Translations under genes and position numbers: made by a program
Notes under the pieces: model-generated
The model's input: the letters and a program-made list of their open reading frames with translations, nothing else
Told to the model about the DNA's origin: nothing
Database searches by the model: none
NCBI RefSeq assembly: GCF_018350175.1
Contig: NC_058368.1
Span: forward strand, 53,508,001-53,572,000
Origin: Felis catus
Taxonomy: Eukaryota
Length of the DNA stretch: 64,000 nt
Direction of reading: 5' to 3'
Shown here: positions 13,958 through 26,830 of the stretch, one piece after another
Position numbering within the stretch: position 1 is the stretch's first letter
Layout of the letters: each line of letters begins with the position of its first letter

Positions 13958-14046
13958 GGGCCCTTGGCTGGCTTGGTTGGTAGAGTGTGTGACTCTTGAT
14001 CTCATGTCGGGTGTGGAGCCTGCTTAAAAATACATAAATTAATAAA
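13958..14046 (+). mobile_element. Short old CanSINE (SINEC_old-like) nested in L1
   Basis: GGCTGGCTTGGTTGGTAGAG..GACTCTTGATCTC head, no CT tract, degenerate TSD (GTGCCAAAGA / GGGCGAAAGA). Confidence 0.75.
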
Positions 14047-16077
14047 GGGCGAAAGACCTTGACATCTCACCAAAGAAGATACACGTAGATAGCAGCTAAG
14101 CATATGAAAAGGTATTCCACATCCCATGTTATCAGGGAAATTCAAATGAAAATAACTATGAAACACCACTACAAACCTATTAACATGGCCAAAATCTGGA
14201 ACACGGACAACACCAAATTCTGGAGAGGATGCAGACCAACAGAAATTCTCATTCATTGCTGGTTATTATGCAAAGTGACACAGTCACTTTGGAAGACAGT
14301 TTGGCAGTTTCTCACAAAGCTAAACATACTCCAGGATCCAGCAGTTGCACTCCTTGGTATTTACCTAAAGGAGTTGGAAACTTATGAACACACAAAAACC
14401 AGTGCATGGATGTTTCTAGAAGCTTTATTCATAATTGCTAAAACTTGGAAGTAATGAAAATGTACTTCAGTAGGTGAATGAATAAATAAACTGTAGTATC
14501 AGACAATGGAATATTCAGTGCTAAAAAGAGGGTTTTGCTTTTTGTAAGATTGAACAGACGTCACTGGGATTGTATACAGAAAGCTCAGAAAACATTAGAA
14601 TTATCCTCTTAAAAATAAGCTATTGTCTCCTCCAATAATTTAACCATTTTCCTGGTTGTATGATTTCTGCACCGTCATCTGGATTTAGGAATCCCAGTAG
14701 TCAGTAAATTACACAGTGCCCGTTTTCAGTCTGTTGTTTATGCCAGACATGCCCTAACAGTCCTTGGTGTGAGCAGTAACGTGACTTAGCAAAAGGAAAT
14801 TTGAGTTGGTATCTATCTCCTTTGAGCTTCCATAGCTGTTGGACCTTCTTTTATAAGATGCTGTGTTTTCTTTTTGTTTTTGTTTGTTTGTTTGTTTCTT
14901 TTTTTTTTTTTTAACCACATGATATGGTCATTTCTGGTTTTAACTTGTCGTCTTTGATGGCAACTTCTTTTGGCAACTCTTGGCCAGTTGTATGTCCTTT
15001 GTATTCCCAAACTGTGTCATATTTCTCAAATTTCAATAATTATGTTGAAGAACAGAAGAGAAAGTGGGCAAAGAACACAGAAGGAAAGCTAGGAGGGAGA
15101 GTGGAAGGAAAGAAGGTAAATATGTAGATGAGAACGAGGGCATTAGGGTTGCGTGGCCATAGACAAGAAGGCAACTACATAGGAAGGGAACGTATGTTGT
15201 GCCAATAATTCAGGCTGTGCAGTGACTCTAGCAGCCATGGTAGATGTTTCCTGTCATGGTCCATACGGAGAGCTGCAGCAGCAGGACCAGAGGTCCGTGC
15301 TCATCCAAACTCCACAAGAAGACACTCCTGTTGCAAAGCTCAGAAATCTACGTGAGAAAGTTATTAGAGGGATGTAGGGATATTGGGACTCAGGAAACCT
15401 AAGGGCATGAAATGTGGCTTATATGCAAAAAGACTTGAAACTGGTCACTGGACAGTGAGCAGGGGCCAAGTCAGAAACACATTCACACAAGTCTTCTCTG
15501 GAACCCCATGGTTTCTTGTCTCTTCTCCTTGTGTGTCTGCTTTGTTATTATTTTTTTCTTCCTACAGACTGATTTCTTCAGTTTTTCCTTCTTGTGCCTA
15601 ACTCATAACAGTCATCTCCAAGTGCCTGCCTCAGCCCTTTACTTGACCTGACCTTGAACTTAACAGAAGTTAGCTTATGAAGTCTCTCTGTGTCCCAACC
15701 TCAAACTCTCTGGAGATGGAATTTCATGTGCCTCTCTCCCAGGCGCCCTGGATTCTGTCAGTCTGTGGTACTCACCCACAGCGTCACCCAGCAGGAGGGA
15801 AGGACAGGGTCACAGCTGCTTTCATCTGAAGCCGTGGCAGGGGCGGATTCTTGCATAGAAATGAGAAGGCAATTATTGCATCTTTAGTATACTGCGTACC
15901 TCTAGAAATATGATCAAGGTGGAGGATCCCCCAACCTAGGATGAAATTTCATCTTAGGTCAGAACTGATTTGGGCTTAAACTTAATGGAGTTTGAGTGAA
16001 AGTTGTCTTCCTGTCAAAATGGTACAGTTTTCCAGATTTTGTTCTAGGCAAAATAAGATTGTTAAAGGATTTTTTCT

Positions 16078-16715
16078 GAGGACCTCTGCTTCTAGAAAGA
16101 TGGAGCGGACATGCTTTTCTATTCCACCCACTGAGTATAACTAAAAACCTTGAACATTATATAAAACAGATCTACCAAAAAAGGTGGAGAGAGGAAGGCA
16201 GACCAGCTAGGGACCTTCGGATTCAAAAACAACACTGGGGTGAATTCCTTGAGCTTTCCTTTGCCTTGTATATCCCAGACATGGAGCCAAAGAAGCCAGC
16301 AACTGGAAACACCAAAGGCCACAGACACAAAAAGTGCCCAGCAAAACCGTGGTCTCTCTACCCACAGGACCAGAGAAGGGGCAACCTAACAGGACAGAAA
16401 ACTTTTGGACAACAGCTACTCTACAGCAACCAACACCACAGAAACAAATTGTGTCTCCTCCAACCTTGACCAACAAAGCGTGGCGTCCAGACTTCAACGC
16501 TCACCAGGTGGTTACGAGGCATTCCACCCTCCACCGGGAGTCAGGACTTTGGTCTTCCAGTGGTAATAGGACCACCCCAGTGTCACCATGTGGGGAGCTG
16601 GAACACCTTTCCTGCCAGAGAAAGCCAGCTAAAACAGGTTTCAAGAAGATCCAGAGTCTCATAACACAATATGAAATGTCCAGGTTTCATTAGAAAATCA
16701 TGCATCACAAAAAGG
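16078..16715 (+). mobile_element. Ancient L1 5' region fragment (L1MC/L1MD-type)
   Basis: AGATGGAG..ACTAAAAACCTTGAACATTATATAAAAC..GAAGGCAGACCAGCTAGGGACC resembles old L1M 5' ends. Confidence 0.65.
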
Positions 16716-16797
16716 GTTTCAATGGTACAGTTACTAAAATCTAAACAAGGAAAGAAAGGCCAAGAAATGCTCATGTGACTGTTAAAGTATTTAATCT

Positions 16798-16991
16798 TTT
16801 TTTAAGAAATGTTTATTTATTTTGAGAGAGAGAGAGATAGCAGGGGAAGGGCAGAAAGAGAGGGAGACTGGATCTGAAGTAGGCTCAGTGCTGACAGCAG
16901 AGAGCCCATGCAGGGCTTGAACTCGCCAACCATGAGATCATGACCTAAGCTGGAGTCAGTTGCTTAACCCACTGAGCCACCCAGGTGTCCC
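16798..16991 (-). mobile_element. CanSINE
   Basis: 15-bp TSD TAAAGTATTTAATCT at 16783-16797 and 16992-17006. Confidence 0.95.
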
Positions 16992-17018
16992 TAAAGTATT
17001 TAATCTGACAAGTAACTT

Positions 17019-17234
17019 AAAATTTTTTTTAATGTTTTTATTTATTTTTGAGACAGAGTGAGACAGAGCATGAGCAGGGGAGGGGCAGAGAGAGAGGGAG
17101 ACACAGAATCGGAAGCAGGCTCCAGGCCCTGAGCTGTCAGCACAGAGCCTGACGTGGGGCTTGAACCCACAGACTGTGAGATCATGACCAGAACTGAAGT
17201 CGGATGCCCAATCCACTGAGCCACCCAGGCGCCC
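17019..17234 (-). mobile_element. CanSINE (SINEC_Fc2-like)
   Basis: Full head-body-tail on minus strand. Confidence 0.95.
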
Positions 17235-18384
17235 TAACCTTACAACTTAGACTGGAGAGAAATCCAAATAATTTCAGTCCTCAGTTGTTTATTTCAACAT
17301 ATTTCAAGAATGCTAACAGGTAGAAGCAGATAAAGACTTTTAACTGAGTTTAGGCCCTGAGCTTATGCTGTGCTGCATATATGAAAGATAGAGCCCTTGG
17401 GAGGAGAGTTTGAAAGGAGAATAGAATGGAAGGAACAAGATTATCCAGAGAACCATGAGGATCTTGAGTTACAAGATCAAAGCATCAAGATGTACGATGG
17501 GATCTATACACTAGGGAATTTTTCTGGAAATATCTGGAAAATAAAGCTAGTAAGATTCTTGGAGGGAGGAGTATGGTTTTGCTTTTACTGGAGAGGTATT
17601 TTATATTTTTCTAAGTAAGTAGATGGCCTATTTAGTTGCCCATGTCAGTAAAAGTTAAAAATGCTTTAAAAAATCTTAAGAATTTCCATTGCTCCTGTAT
17701 ATTGTCATTGCTGATCAGTCCACAGATTTCTGGATGAATTTTGAACATTTTTCAAAAAGCGAAAAAGATATCATTCTTAAGTGAAGAAAAATACTGCCAA
17801 TTCTTTAAATAATTTATTTTGTACCACTCCCATCCCCCAGGTCTGGCACGCTTAGCTCTCACATATCTATAATGGGGGTATGAGGGATGAATGAGCTGTT
17901 TAATTGTGTAACCAAGTTTGCCTTCTTTTAATGTCTGAGAAGAAGGGGAAGAGAAAGATCAGACGTGTTGACTTAAGGGTAAGTAATAACTGAATGCTTT
18001 TTGAGGGGCTAGATGAGTATCAGAGAAATGGTTTATGTAAACTTTGGTTTCTGCCCGCTGCTGATGCCCACCCAGAATGCTCTCTATAAAACCTTTAGTC
18101 TTGCTCTCCTCAGGTTCAGCCTTCCTGAATTTACCATATAAACTTTTAATGAGGGCCCTATTTGCAAACCTCCCTTCCGGATTGGCAAACACAAGTTGAT
18201 AGGGAACGTCTATGCCTTTTTTCTTATAATTTCCCTTTCCTTGTATTTCCCCCGCTTAACCTTACTTACCAAGGCAGGAATCACACACACACCACAGAGA
18301 GTACACTTAGCGGCCAAAGGAAAACAAAAAGCCAACATTTACAGTGGTAGTTTACAGCATTTTTGCACTATTATTTCAGAGTGA

Positions 18385-18470
18385 AATGATGTGAAATCAT
18401 GTTGTACAGCTAAAGCTAGTATGACAGTATTTGTCAATTATGTCTCGCTAAAGCTGGAAAAGAAAAAAAG
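18385..18470 (+). mobile_element. L1 3' terminal fragment
   Basis: ATGTTGTACAGCTAAAGCTAGTATG..TGTCAATTATGTCTC plus A-rich tail, typical L1MA/L1_Carn 3' end. Confidence 0.65.
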
Positions 18471-19259
18471 GGTTTTAGAAAAGGGTGAAATGTGTTAGGC
18501 ACTTTGATTTAGAAAAAAATGAACTACCTGAAATTTAAATTTAAAAAATAAATAAATGAATAAAAATGGTATCTGTTTTAGCCTATGTGGAAGTTTTTAG
18601 ACATAAAACAAACGCTTCTTAGTAAATGCTAGAACCTACCTAATTGTTGAAGGATAAAGTGACATACAATGATACCTGGAAACAAAAGGAAGAAAGGGTT
18701 GAGATCTGTTATATTTTGATTTAAAGTAAGCAACTAGAATGCATTAGTGCTATTAGCTATCTTGTAAGCTAATTTTACAAATAGAGAAAAGATTTGATTT
18801 ACTGTTCAAACAAAGCAAAGCCACTTAACTCTCAGTATTATTCCCTTCTTGTTGTGTATTCTGTCTTTCCTCTGGAATGTACATACAAAATGTGAATTAA
18901 ATTTAGAATTTGAATGAGGAATAAATTCCGAAAAAATTATTCAGTTATGTTGAATTAGTAGATCAGCCATAATCACACCCCCTCAAATGTGCATGTTTGT
19001 AAGAGCAGTACAATTAAAACAGGGTACTTTGAGACTCTGTGCTGTTACTGTTTGTCAGCTGCTTTTCAAACACTGAAATGCCAGTAGATCATGCAACCAG
19101 TACAAATTTGATTATGTCATCGAAGGACTATAATGCTCTAAAGAAAAGCCATTCTTTTTTCACATATTCTTTAAAGAATAAGAATTAATACTTTTTCAAT
19201 GGAGAACTCATGTGCCCCTATAATCAGAAGATGTCAGTGGTCTTTTCAAAAAAATTCCA

Positions 19260-19480
19260 GGGGCTCCTGGGTGTCTCAGTCAGTTAAGCAGCCAACTCTT
19301 GATAGCGGCTCAGGTCATGATCTCATGGTTTGCGAGGTGGAGCACCCCCTACCCCCCCCCCCCATTTGGCTCTGCATTGAGAGTTCGGAGCCTGCTTGGG
19401 ATTCTGTCTCTTTCTGCCCCTCCCCACTTGTGTGTGTGCACATGCACACACTCTCAAAAGAAAGAAATAAAACAAAAAAA
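19260..19480 (+). mobile_element. CanSINE with internal poly(C) expansion
   Basis: SINE head/tail; CCCCCTACCCCCCCCCCCC run at ~19345-19363. Confidence 0.9.
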
Positions 19481-19534
19481 TTTCAACAAAATTTAAACAT
19501 TGTCAAGTTTTGAAAGAAAAAAGAAATCACTTCC

Positions 19535-19718
19535 TTTTTTTTTTTTTTTTTTTGAGAGAGAGAGAGAGGGAGAGGGAGAGAAAGAATCTCAAGGAGGCTC
19601 CACACCCAGGGTCAAGCCTGACGGCGGGGTGGCGGGGCTCAATGTCACAATTGTGAGATCATGACCTGAGCCGAAATCAAGAGTCAGACGCTTAACCGAC
19701 TGAGCCACCTACACACCC
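19535..19718 (-). mobile_element. CanSINE
   Basis: TSD AGAAATCA(C/T)TTC on both sides. Confidence 0.92.
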
Positions 19719-20798
19719 AGAAATCATTTCTAATCTCATTATCTTGACAAAATTTTCATTTTGGCTCATTTTTTTCCTGATTTTGACCCCATGCAGTTGT
19801 TACTATTTTTCAAACAAATTGTGTTCTCTTTTTTCCTTAACAATGTTTTACCCTAAAATCTATTTTTTATACAATTATCATAATTACTGTTTGTGATAGT
19901 TGTAATAATCTCATTTGTGGGAACTTATCATATAGAAAGTATTCAGCAAAGAAAAAATACTTTATATAAAGATGTTCATGACACCCTTACATATAATAAT
20001 ACATAAAGTAATGATCACATAATAGTAATATATTACTGAATAATATAAAAGTAAAATAATGAATACAGTCACTGTCCAGCAACGGTAAATCATGGCCTAT
20101 AAACTGCATGCAATATGACATTAGTGTTTTCAATAGTGGCCGAAAGGCTGAACACTCTGATTCACTCTTTGGTCAGCTCCAGGGACTCTTAATGGTCGAG
20201 TGTCAGGGTTGGTTGAGTAATATTTCTGTGCTGCCTTCTGTGTTATGTTTCCAACAAAACGTCTTATTTGACAGTCAGAATGTGAGAAGAAATGAGTAAG
20301 AGAGGCCTGGGGATGGCAGTTAGAACAAAAGTGAAATACACCCTAAAATGTGGCAGTGCCACAAGCAGAGACGAGTTGACAAATTGTAGACGTTTTTCTT
20401 TCCCCTCAGGATCTTCTATAACGAGGGACTAAAATGCTGGGCTGACTTAGGTCACCTGGCTCCGGAAACCAGAATAAGGGAATCTAGATATAGGTCAGAA
20501 TGGCAAAGATACCATGTGGAGGGACTGATTACACTTCACTGAGGTGCTGAATTGAGATGCTGGCTGCAGGCAGCCTGGGTGGGGCAGGTCCCACACAAAT
20601 CAGAATGTCCAGCTCCCAACGCAAACTGTAAATGCTCCTTCAGTGGAAAGAGCCAAGGCCATGGTTGATGCCCACAGTATCCTTGCTGTTCTGACCTATA
20701 TCCATACAGGCAGGGCAGATTGGCCAGGTCAAATTTGGACTTTGTGTTTTCACTGGGTATACTTATTCCACTGGTAATATATTTAAGAAATGTCTTAA

Positions 20799-20978
20799 AG
20801 TTTATTTATTTTGAGAGAGAGTGGGAGCACCAGTGAGGGAGGGGCAGAGAGACAGAGGGAGAGAGAGAGAATCCCAAGTAGGTTCCATGCTGTTAGCGCT
20901 TGATCCCATGACCCTGGGATCATGACCTGAGCCAAAATCGAGTTGGATGCTTAACTAACTGAGCCACCCAGGTGCCCC
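20799..20978 (-). mobile_element. CanSINE
   Basis: TSD TAAGAAATGTCTTAA at 20784-20798 and 20979-20993. Confidence 0.95.
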
Positions 20979-21012
20979 TAAGAAATGTCTTAATTTCATG
21001 TCATTATCTTTA

Positions 21013-21225
21013 AATTTTTTAAAAATATTTATTCATTTTTTGACAGACAGAGAGACAGCACAAGCAGGGGAGGGGCAGAGAGAGGGAGAGACACAGAATC
21101 CTAAGCGGGCTCCAGCCTCTGAACTGTCAGCACAGAGCCTGATATGGGGCTTGAACTCATGAAATGCGAGATCATGACCTGAGCCGAAGTTGGACGCTTA
21201 ACCAACCGAGCCACCCATGAGCCCC
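21013..21225 (-). mobile_element. CanSINE
   Basis: TSD ATGTCATTATCTTTAA on both sides. Confidence 0.95.
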
Positions 21226-21353
21226 TTATGTCATTATCTTTAACAAAGGTCCCTCAATATATGTAAAAATTAAACTAAAAATAAAAGTGGATTAGGGTTT
21301 TCATGAATAGGTTCATTGTTCATTGATACTTCATTAATAAATGTTCTATTTCA

Positions 21354-21578
21354 GGGGTGCCTGGGTGGCTCAGTAGGTTGAGCGTCTGACTTTGGCTCAG
21401 GTCATGATCTCGAGGTTTGTGAGTTTGAGCCCTGCATCAGGGTCTGTGCTGACAGCTCAGAGCCTGGAGCCTGCTTTGGATTCTGGGTCTCCCTCTCTCT
21501 CTGCCCCTCCCCTGCTCATGCTTTGTCTTTCTCTCTCTTAAAAAATAAATGTTGAAAAAAAAGTTAAAAAAAATAAAA
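21354..21578 (+). mobile_element. CanSINE
   Basis: TSD ATAA(A/G)TGTTCTATTTCA on both sides. Confidence 0.95.
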
Positions 21579-22839
21579 TAAGTGTTCTATTTCACTTATT
21601 CATCAGAAGTTAAAGGAAAATATCTTACATTTTAAATGTCATACTTATTTTGAAATGAATATCAAAAATGATTGCAAAATATTTTAGTGCAATGAGATAG
21701 TAGCCTACAGTATTAATCTATGCAATTTTTTTTTTGGTCTCCCCTGTGACCCCTACCATGTGCCCCTCAGGCAGCAGGGAAGGTTAATATTAACATTTCT
21801 CGGTGTATGGTTATTAGAACAGCAAGGCGAGGACTAATAAGTAAGGGGCTCGACTAAAAAAAAGTGAATGTTAGGTTTCATGTTCTCAAATAACACATTC
21901 ATTGCAGGAATAGCAGTTGGAAAGGAAAAGTTTTTTGAGTTGTAGGAAAATCAGTGTCAAAACTCAGAACTCTGGAGAACTGAAGTATACAAAATATTAT
22001 GCCACAAAAACAAGGTAGAGAGGGCTATTACACAGATCCAGGTAGCCCACCTACCAAGACTAGACAAAGCTATATCTCTCTAGGGGAAGAAGAGAGTAAG
22101 CAAGGAAAGCCACGATTAGGGGATGAAAGGAGGGAATGAAGGACTCCATGCAGGAGTGCACTGCAACTCTTGTTTCCTTGGTGGGAACTGGGTGGCAGGC
22201 AAGGTTCCAGATTTCTCCTATATTACAGCGTGGGTCATGATGTCTAGGCAAAGTGGCAAAGGAGAGCATCGAAAGCCTTACCCTCTCCCTAAGATGGACA
22301 CAGAAACAGGCAGAGAGGGCTGTTGAACATATGGAACCCCACAGTTAGGACATGAGTGATTCAGAAGACCTGCCAAGGAGTTTAGACGGCGGGCCAGGTG
22401 GGACTATGGCCATGGGACTAGGGACTATAGATGTCCCACATTAGAGACCAGTGAGAATGAGGACCAGCAGGAAATGCCAGGATGAGCAGATGACAGCTGG
22501 GCCCCGAGGCACACCTGCTGCCTATGCCTGGATGTTGTAGATCTTTCTGTATCTTTGATGCAATGTTGGAGAAATAGAAAGGGGATGGGAAGGGCATTGT
22601 GAATTGGCCAAGGAAATTCTGCCGGACTAGCATTAATTTTATGGCATCAGTGAAGCGAGGGCTCGAGAAAGAAAATAAGTTTAGTTATAGAAAAATAGAT
22701 ATGTTTTTGCCTATCTGAACTCGCAGGCTATGAGATTCAATGTCTCTACATAGTTATTAGTACAAAGACCTCATCAAAAATTTATATCAGAACCTGACAT
22801 ATCCAAATAAAATTAAGCATCTTAAAATAATCACACGTA

Positions 22840-23065
22840 GGGGCGCCTGGGTGGCGCAGTCGGTTAAGCGTCCGACTTCAGCCAGGTCACGATCTCGCGG
22901 TCCGTGGGTTCGAGCCCCGCGTCAGGCTCTGGGCTGATGGCTCGGAGCCTGGAGCCTGTTTCCGATTCTGTGTCTCCCTCTCTCTCTGCCCCTCCCCCGT
23001 TCATGCTCTGTCTCTCTCTGTCCCAAAAATAAAATAAAAAACGTTGAAAAAAAATTAAAAAAAAA
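22840..23065 (+). mobile_element. Young SINEC_Fc
   Basis: CpG-intact head, TSD AATCACA(C/T)GTA; ~4 differences from the 4985-5198 copy over the body. Confidence 0.97.
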
Positions 23066-23393
23066 AATCACATGTAAAAGGTTAAATATCAACCCTTGGA
23101 GAGAGATTTTCATTTTATAAATTCATTCCATCAAAATGTAATGAATTTGGAAGGGGATCTTGCTCAGTTTCCACAGTGTTCTTATGACATAAATGTAAGC
23201 GCTGTTACAGTAGTTTCCTTTGTGGAAAAAAAAATATTGTAACATTTAAACTAAGTTTAAATGAGGACTTTGATTCAGGGGAGTCAATAGGTTAGAACTT
23301 TGCCTTTTCACTATTAACCTGAATCTGTATCTGGTTCTTTGAGAAGAGCTTTCTGCTTTGAACATGGAGGTGCTCTTCCAGCTATCATGGTTC

Positions 23394-23597
23394 TTTTTTT
23401 TTTTTTTAAGTTTATTTATTAATTTTGAGATAGAGCACGAGCAGAGAAGGGGCAGAGGGACAGGGAGAATCCCAATCAGGCTCTACCCTGTCAGCACGGA
23501 GCCTATCCTGGGGCTCGAACCCACGAAACCGTGAGATCATGACCTGAGCTGAAATCAAGAGTTGGAAGCTCAGTGACTAAGTCACCCACGCGTCCCC
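23394..23597 (-). mobile_element. CanSINE
   Basis: Head/tail on minus strand, degenerate TSD CAGCTAT.. Confidence 0.92.
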
Positions 23598-25099
23598 CAG
23601 CTATGGTGTTTCTGCAGTCCCATGGACACAGCTAATTTGTCCAAAGGTATACAACTGACCTAGGCCGGGCCAATCAGATTCTGTTCCAGAAATTCAGAAC
23701 TTAAAAACAGAGACTAGGAGTTTTTGGTAACTGAGACACTGGAAACTCATGTGGTGAGGTTCCCAGAGCAGCCCTATGTGGATCCTGAAAGCTTGTTTTT
23801 CATCAATCCTTGAATTTCATCAGCTTTTCTAAAAACATCTTTCCATCAGTTTTGCTTAACTAGATTGGTTTCTAGTCCTTAAAAACAAAGGAGTCTAAAA
23901 TCCTACTTACTTATAAATTGACTAGAAACAATTTAGGCAACAAGGCCCTACTCCAATGACCTGGGTGAAATCAGGTCTTGCTTGGGATGCTGGCCTCTAT
24001 TTTCCTGACTGAATACACATCTCACATTAACAAGTGTTCTTCCTGAAATCAGCTCACAAAGGTTGTTGAGGCAACCCTGTAAAACTTAGCCCTTGTTCCT
24101 GGAGTCTTTTTTTTAAAGAGAAAAATAATTTTCTGTGTTCATCTAATTTATTCTTAGATCATCACAATTACTTACCAATGGCATGTATGCACCTGTTGGG
24201 TACTACAGAACTTCTCAAACCTTGGAATCAGATTAGACACCACCACCCTTGTTTCCTGTTCTAAATTGATGTTTCCAAGTCATGCTTGCTTATTTTTTAT
24301 CACAGCAATCGCTGACAACTCAGCTTCACAAGGTATGGTGTTATGGAAACAAATATAGTGTGATCTCATGTTAACGTTGTGAAACTAATTCGAATGAGCT
24401 GTTTGTCCATTGTCCGATAAATGGTGCTGTATTTCTCTCAAAAATGTTAACAGCCTGGGGGCTCCCATTGTGACTTGGCTGCTGTAATTCTGTCAATTTT
24501 TGGTTTGTATACATTTTGAAGCTAGGTCACTGGGCATCTAGTATTATAATTGTTAAGCTTCTCATAGTGGGTTGGATGCTTTTATCATTCAGGAAAATCT
24601 GTCTCTCAAAATGCTTTTTGCCTACATTGTTTGATAAGAGGATTTCCAAAAACGTGTCTTTCTGTTTCAGCGAAACTGTTCTTGACAGCATTTGAAACCT
24701 GTTCTAGAGAATATTTATATGTGCTTCCTGATGAGAAAATATTAGGGCTGCTTGAAAGTGAAATTAAGATTCCGGAGTACTCTTTTCTGGCTTATTCCTG
24801 TTGATTCTGTAAATGTTATTTAAAATAATTCACACCGAATTTTAGAGAGCCCTAAGTGGCCCACACACCCTTTTGCACAGGTCTGCTCTTTGGAGTCCTG
24901 CTCTGTCCCAGGGAGTCTGCCCACTGGAGGAAACCTCTCATCCCGGCCAACACCATGACTTTTCATTTTGCCTCCCTTCCCTTTTCCCTTGGAGACCTGT
25001 AAGTGTACTCTTTAGGTCGAAGGGAAGAAATTATGAATGTCTTACTCACAGTTTTACTTATAAAATTTAAAAGTCCGCAGAGTGAACTGTGAGCTGCCC

Positions 25100-26045
25100 A
25101 TTTCCCATCAGACATGTAAAGGGCTTGCGTGTCCCTCTTGTCCTTATAACAAGAAAAAGCTGAACAAACTGAAAATCAAGACCTGCACTTAGATTTCTCA
25201 GAGGATGCAGGTCACAAGGCCAGACATTGCCTCAAGTATTGAAGAGATAGGTGAACACAGAGAATTACAGTTTAATGGGAGCAGAAGGCAGTCCCAGGGT
25301 AGAAAAACTTACACTGATGAATTTCTGGAGGCTTAGTGCAGATGAGCTAGAGAGTTAAAATCTCTAGGAGGCTCAGTTTTAGGAGTCTGCCATGCTTTTG
25401 TTAGATTTACCTCCCAGTGCCCCACCAAGTTCTCAAGGTGAAAATCAGAGAAAAATCTGGTGCGTCTGGTGGCAGGATGGGGTAAGGTCTCTTTGAAATC
25501 TGCCCAGAGCATTCTGTTCTTTTGAACAAAATCCTGCCTGCTGGAGACATTATTTATCAGAGGCTCCCTGACTTAGGGGCAGGGAAACACCCAACTATAC
25601 CTCCCTCTAGCCTTCCATGTGGGAGAAGAAAACACCCAACTACTGCCCCCTCTAGCCTTCCTGTTTCATCTGAAGTTGAGGAGCATGTTTGAAGATCACA
25701 TCCCAGGGGCACGGGCTCACTAAAAGGTTGAGACCTGGTCACAGGACTAATAGAATACTTCCCCTCTCCCCACCTGTTACTACCACATGGCCTGTGCCTC
25801 TGTATAATAACTAGGGATTGCAACAGAAGGGACTGTCTGCCTCAGATCCTATGTAAGAAGGAGTGTCTAGGGAAACCCACAGACAACAGGGGAGACAAAA
25901 AACAATGAAGGTAGAAGGAATTTTAGCCTCTGACACTTGCAGCCACAAGAGTAAACACAATCTGACTTCTATACAGACAAACATGAAACCTCGCACTGAC
26001 AGCCCACTTAACTGTGAGTTGCCTTGACCCAGGATCTGATCACGC
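25100..26045 (+). mobile_element. Ancient L1 5' region fragment (L1MC-type)
   Basis: ACAAGAAAAAGCTGAACAAACTGAAAATC..GGGAAACCCACAGACAAC resemble old L1M 5' UTR; internal ~45-bp tandem unit AAACACCCAACTA..CTCTAGCCTTCC twice (~25585-25660). Confidence 0.6.
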
Positions 26046-26189
26046 AACCTCAGATGAAAGTAGGAGGCCTTACCCTTCTCAGAGAGTCAAAGGAACTCTG
26101 TTCTCTAAATAAAAATATTGCAGTATTTGCAAGTTCCTAACTGGCCACTTGACAATATTCTCTTTATTTTGCAAATAGTTTTTTTTTTT

Positions 26190-26460
26190 TTTTAGAATTT
26201 ACATATTGAATACTATGCAGGGATATTTATAACCTGCAATGCATAAAGAACAATAGTAACTAGAACACGTGAACACCTGTCTCCTGCCACCAGGCCTGTG
26301 AATAGGATAATCCTAGGGCTCTTCAAGGCCTAGTGGATACTCCTGGACCCTAGCCTTCTACCTGTACCACAAGGAAATTCTCCTGAACTTTGTATTTGTC
26401 ATCCTCTTGCTTTTCTTTATAGCTTTTCTGTAACTTTAAACTTTTATTCATTTTTTGAGA

Positions 26461-26492
<32 letters not shown>

Positions 26493-26830
26493 TAGAATTT
26501 GTGGCAGAGGGGCAGAGAGAGAGGGAGACACAGAATCTGAAGCAGGCTCCAGGCTCCGACCTGTCAGCACAGAGCCCGACCTGAGGCTTGAACCCATGAA
26601 CCATGAGATCATGACCTGAGCCGAAGTCGGACGCTTAACTGACTGAGTCACCCAGGGGCCCCAACTTTTCTACAACTTTATAACCAAGAGATGTTTTTTA
26701 GTTTTGCACAGTTTTGAACATTATATAAATGCAACGGTCCTAGGTGGATTCTTCTGCAGATGTTTTATCAATGCTGAGATTCATCCATAACAATACATGT
26801 GGTTGTAGTTCATCTCTTGATTTTCTTGGC
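26190..26830 (-). mobile_element. Old L1ME-type 3' fragment interrupted by a SINE
   Basis: TTTTGAACATTATATAAATG..TGAGATTCATCCAT..GTGGTTGTAGTTCAT pattern. Confidence 0.55.
26439..26662 (-). mobile_element. CanSINE (SINEC_Fc2-like)
   Basis: Full element, degenerate TSD CTTTTCT..AACTTTA. Confidence 0.95.

Larger units (their letters stand above)
11100..14530 (+). mobile_element. Decayed L1 (L1MC1-like), ORF2 from end of endonuclease through RT to start of 3' UTR
   Basis: ORF2 peptide remnants (INVIHYINKLKMKNHINISIDAEK; IKILENNTGENL; HVIREIQMKITMKHHY), many frameshifts. Confidence 0.95.
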
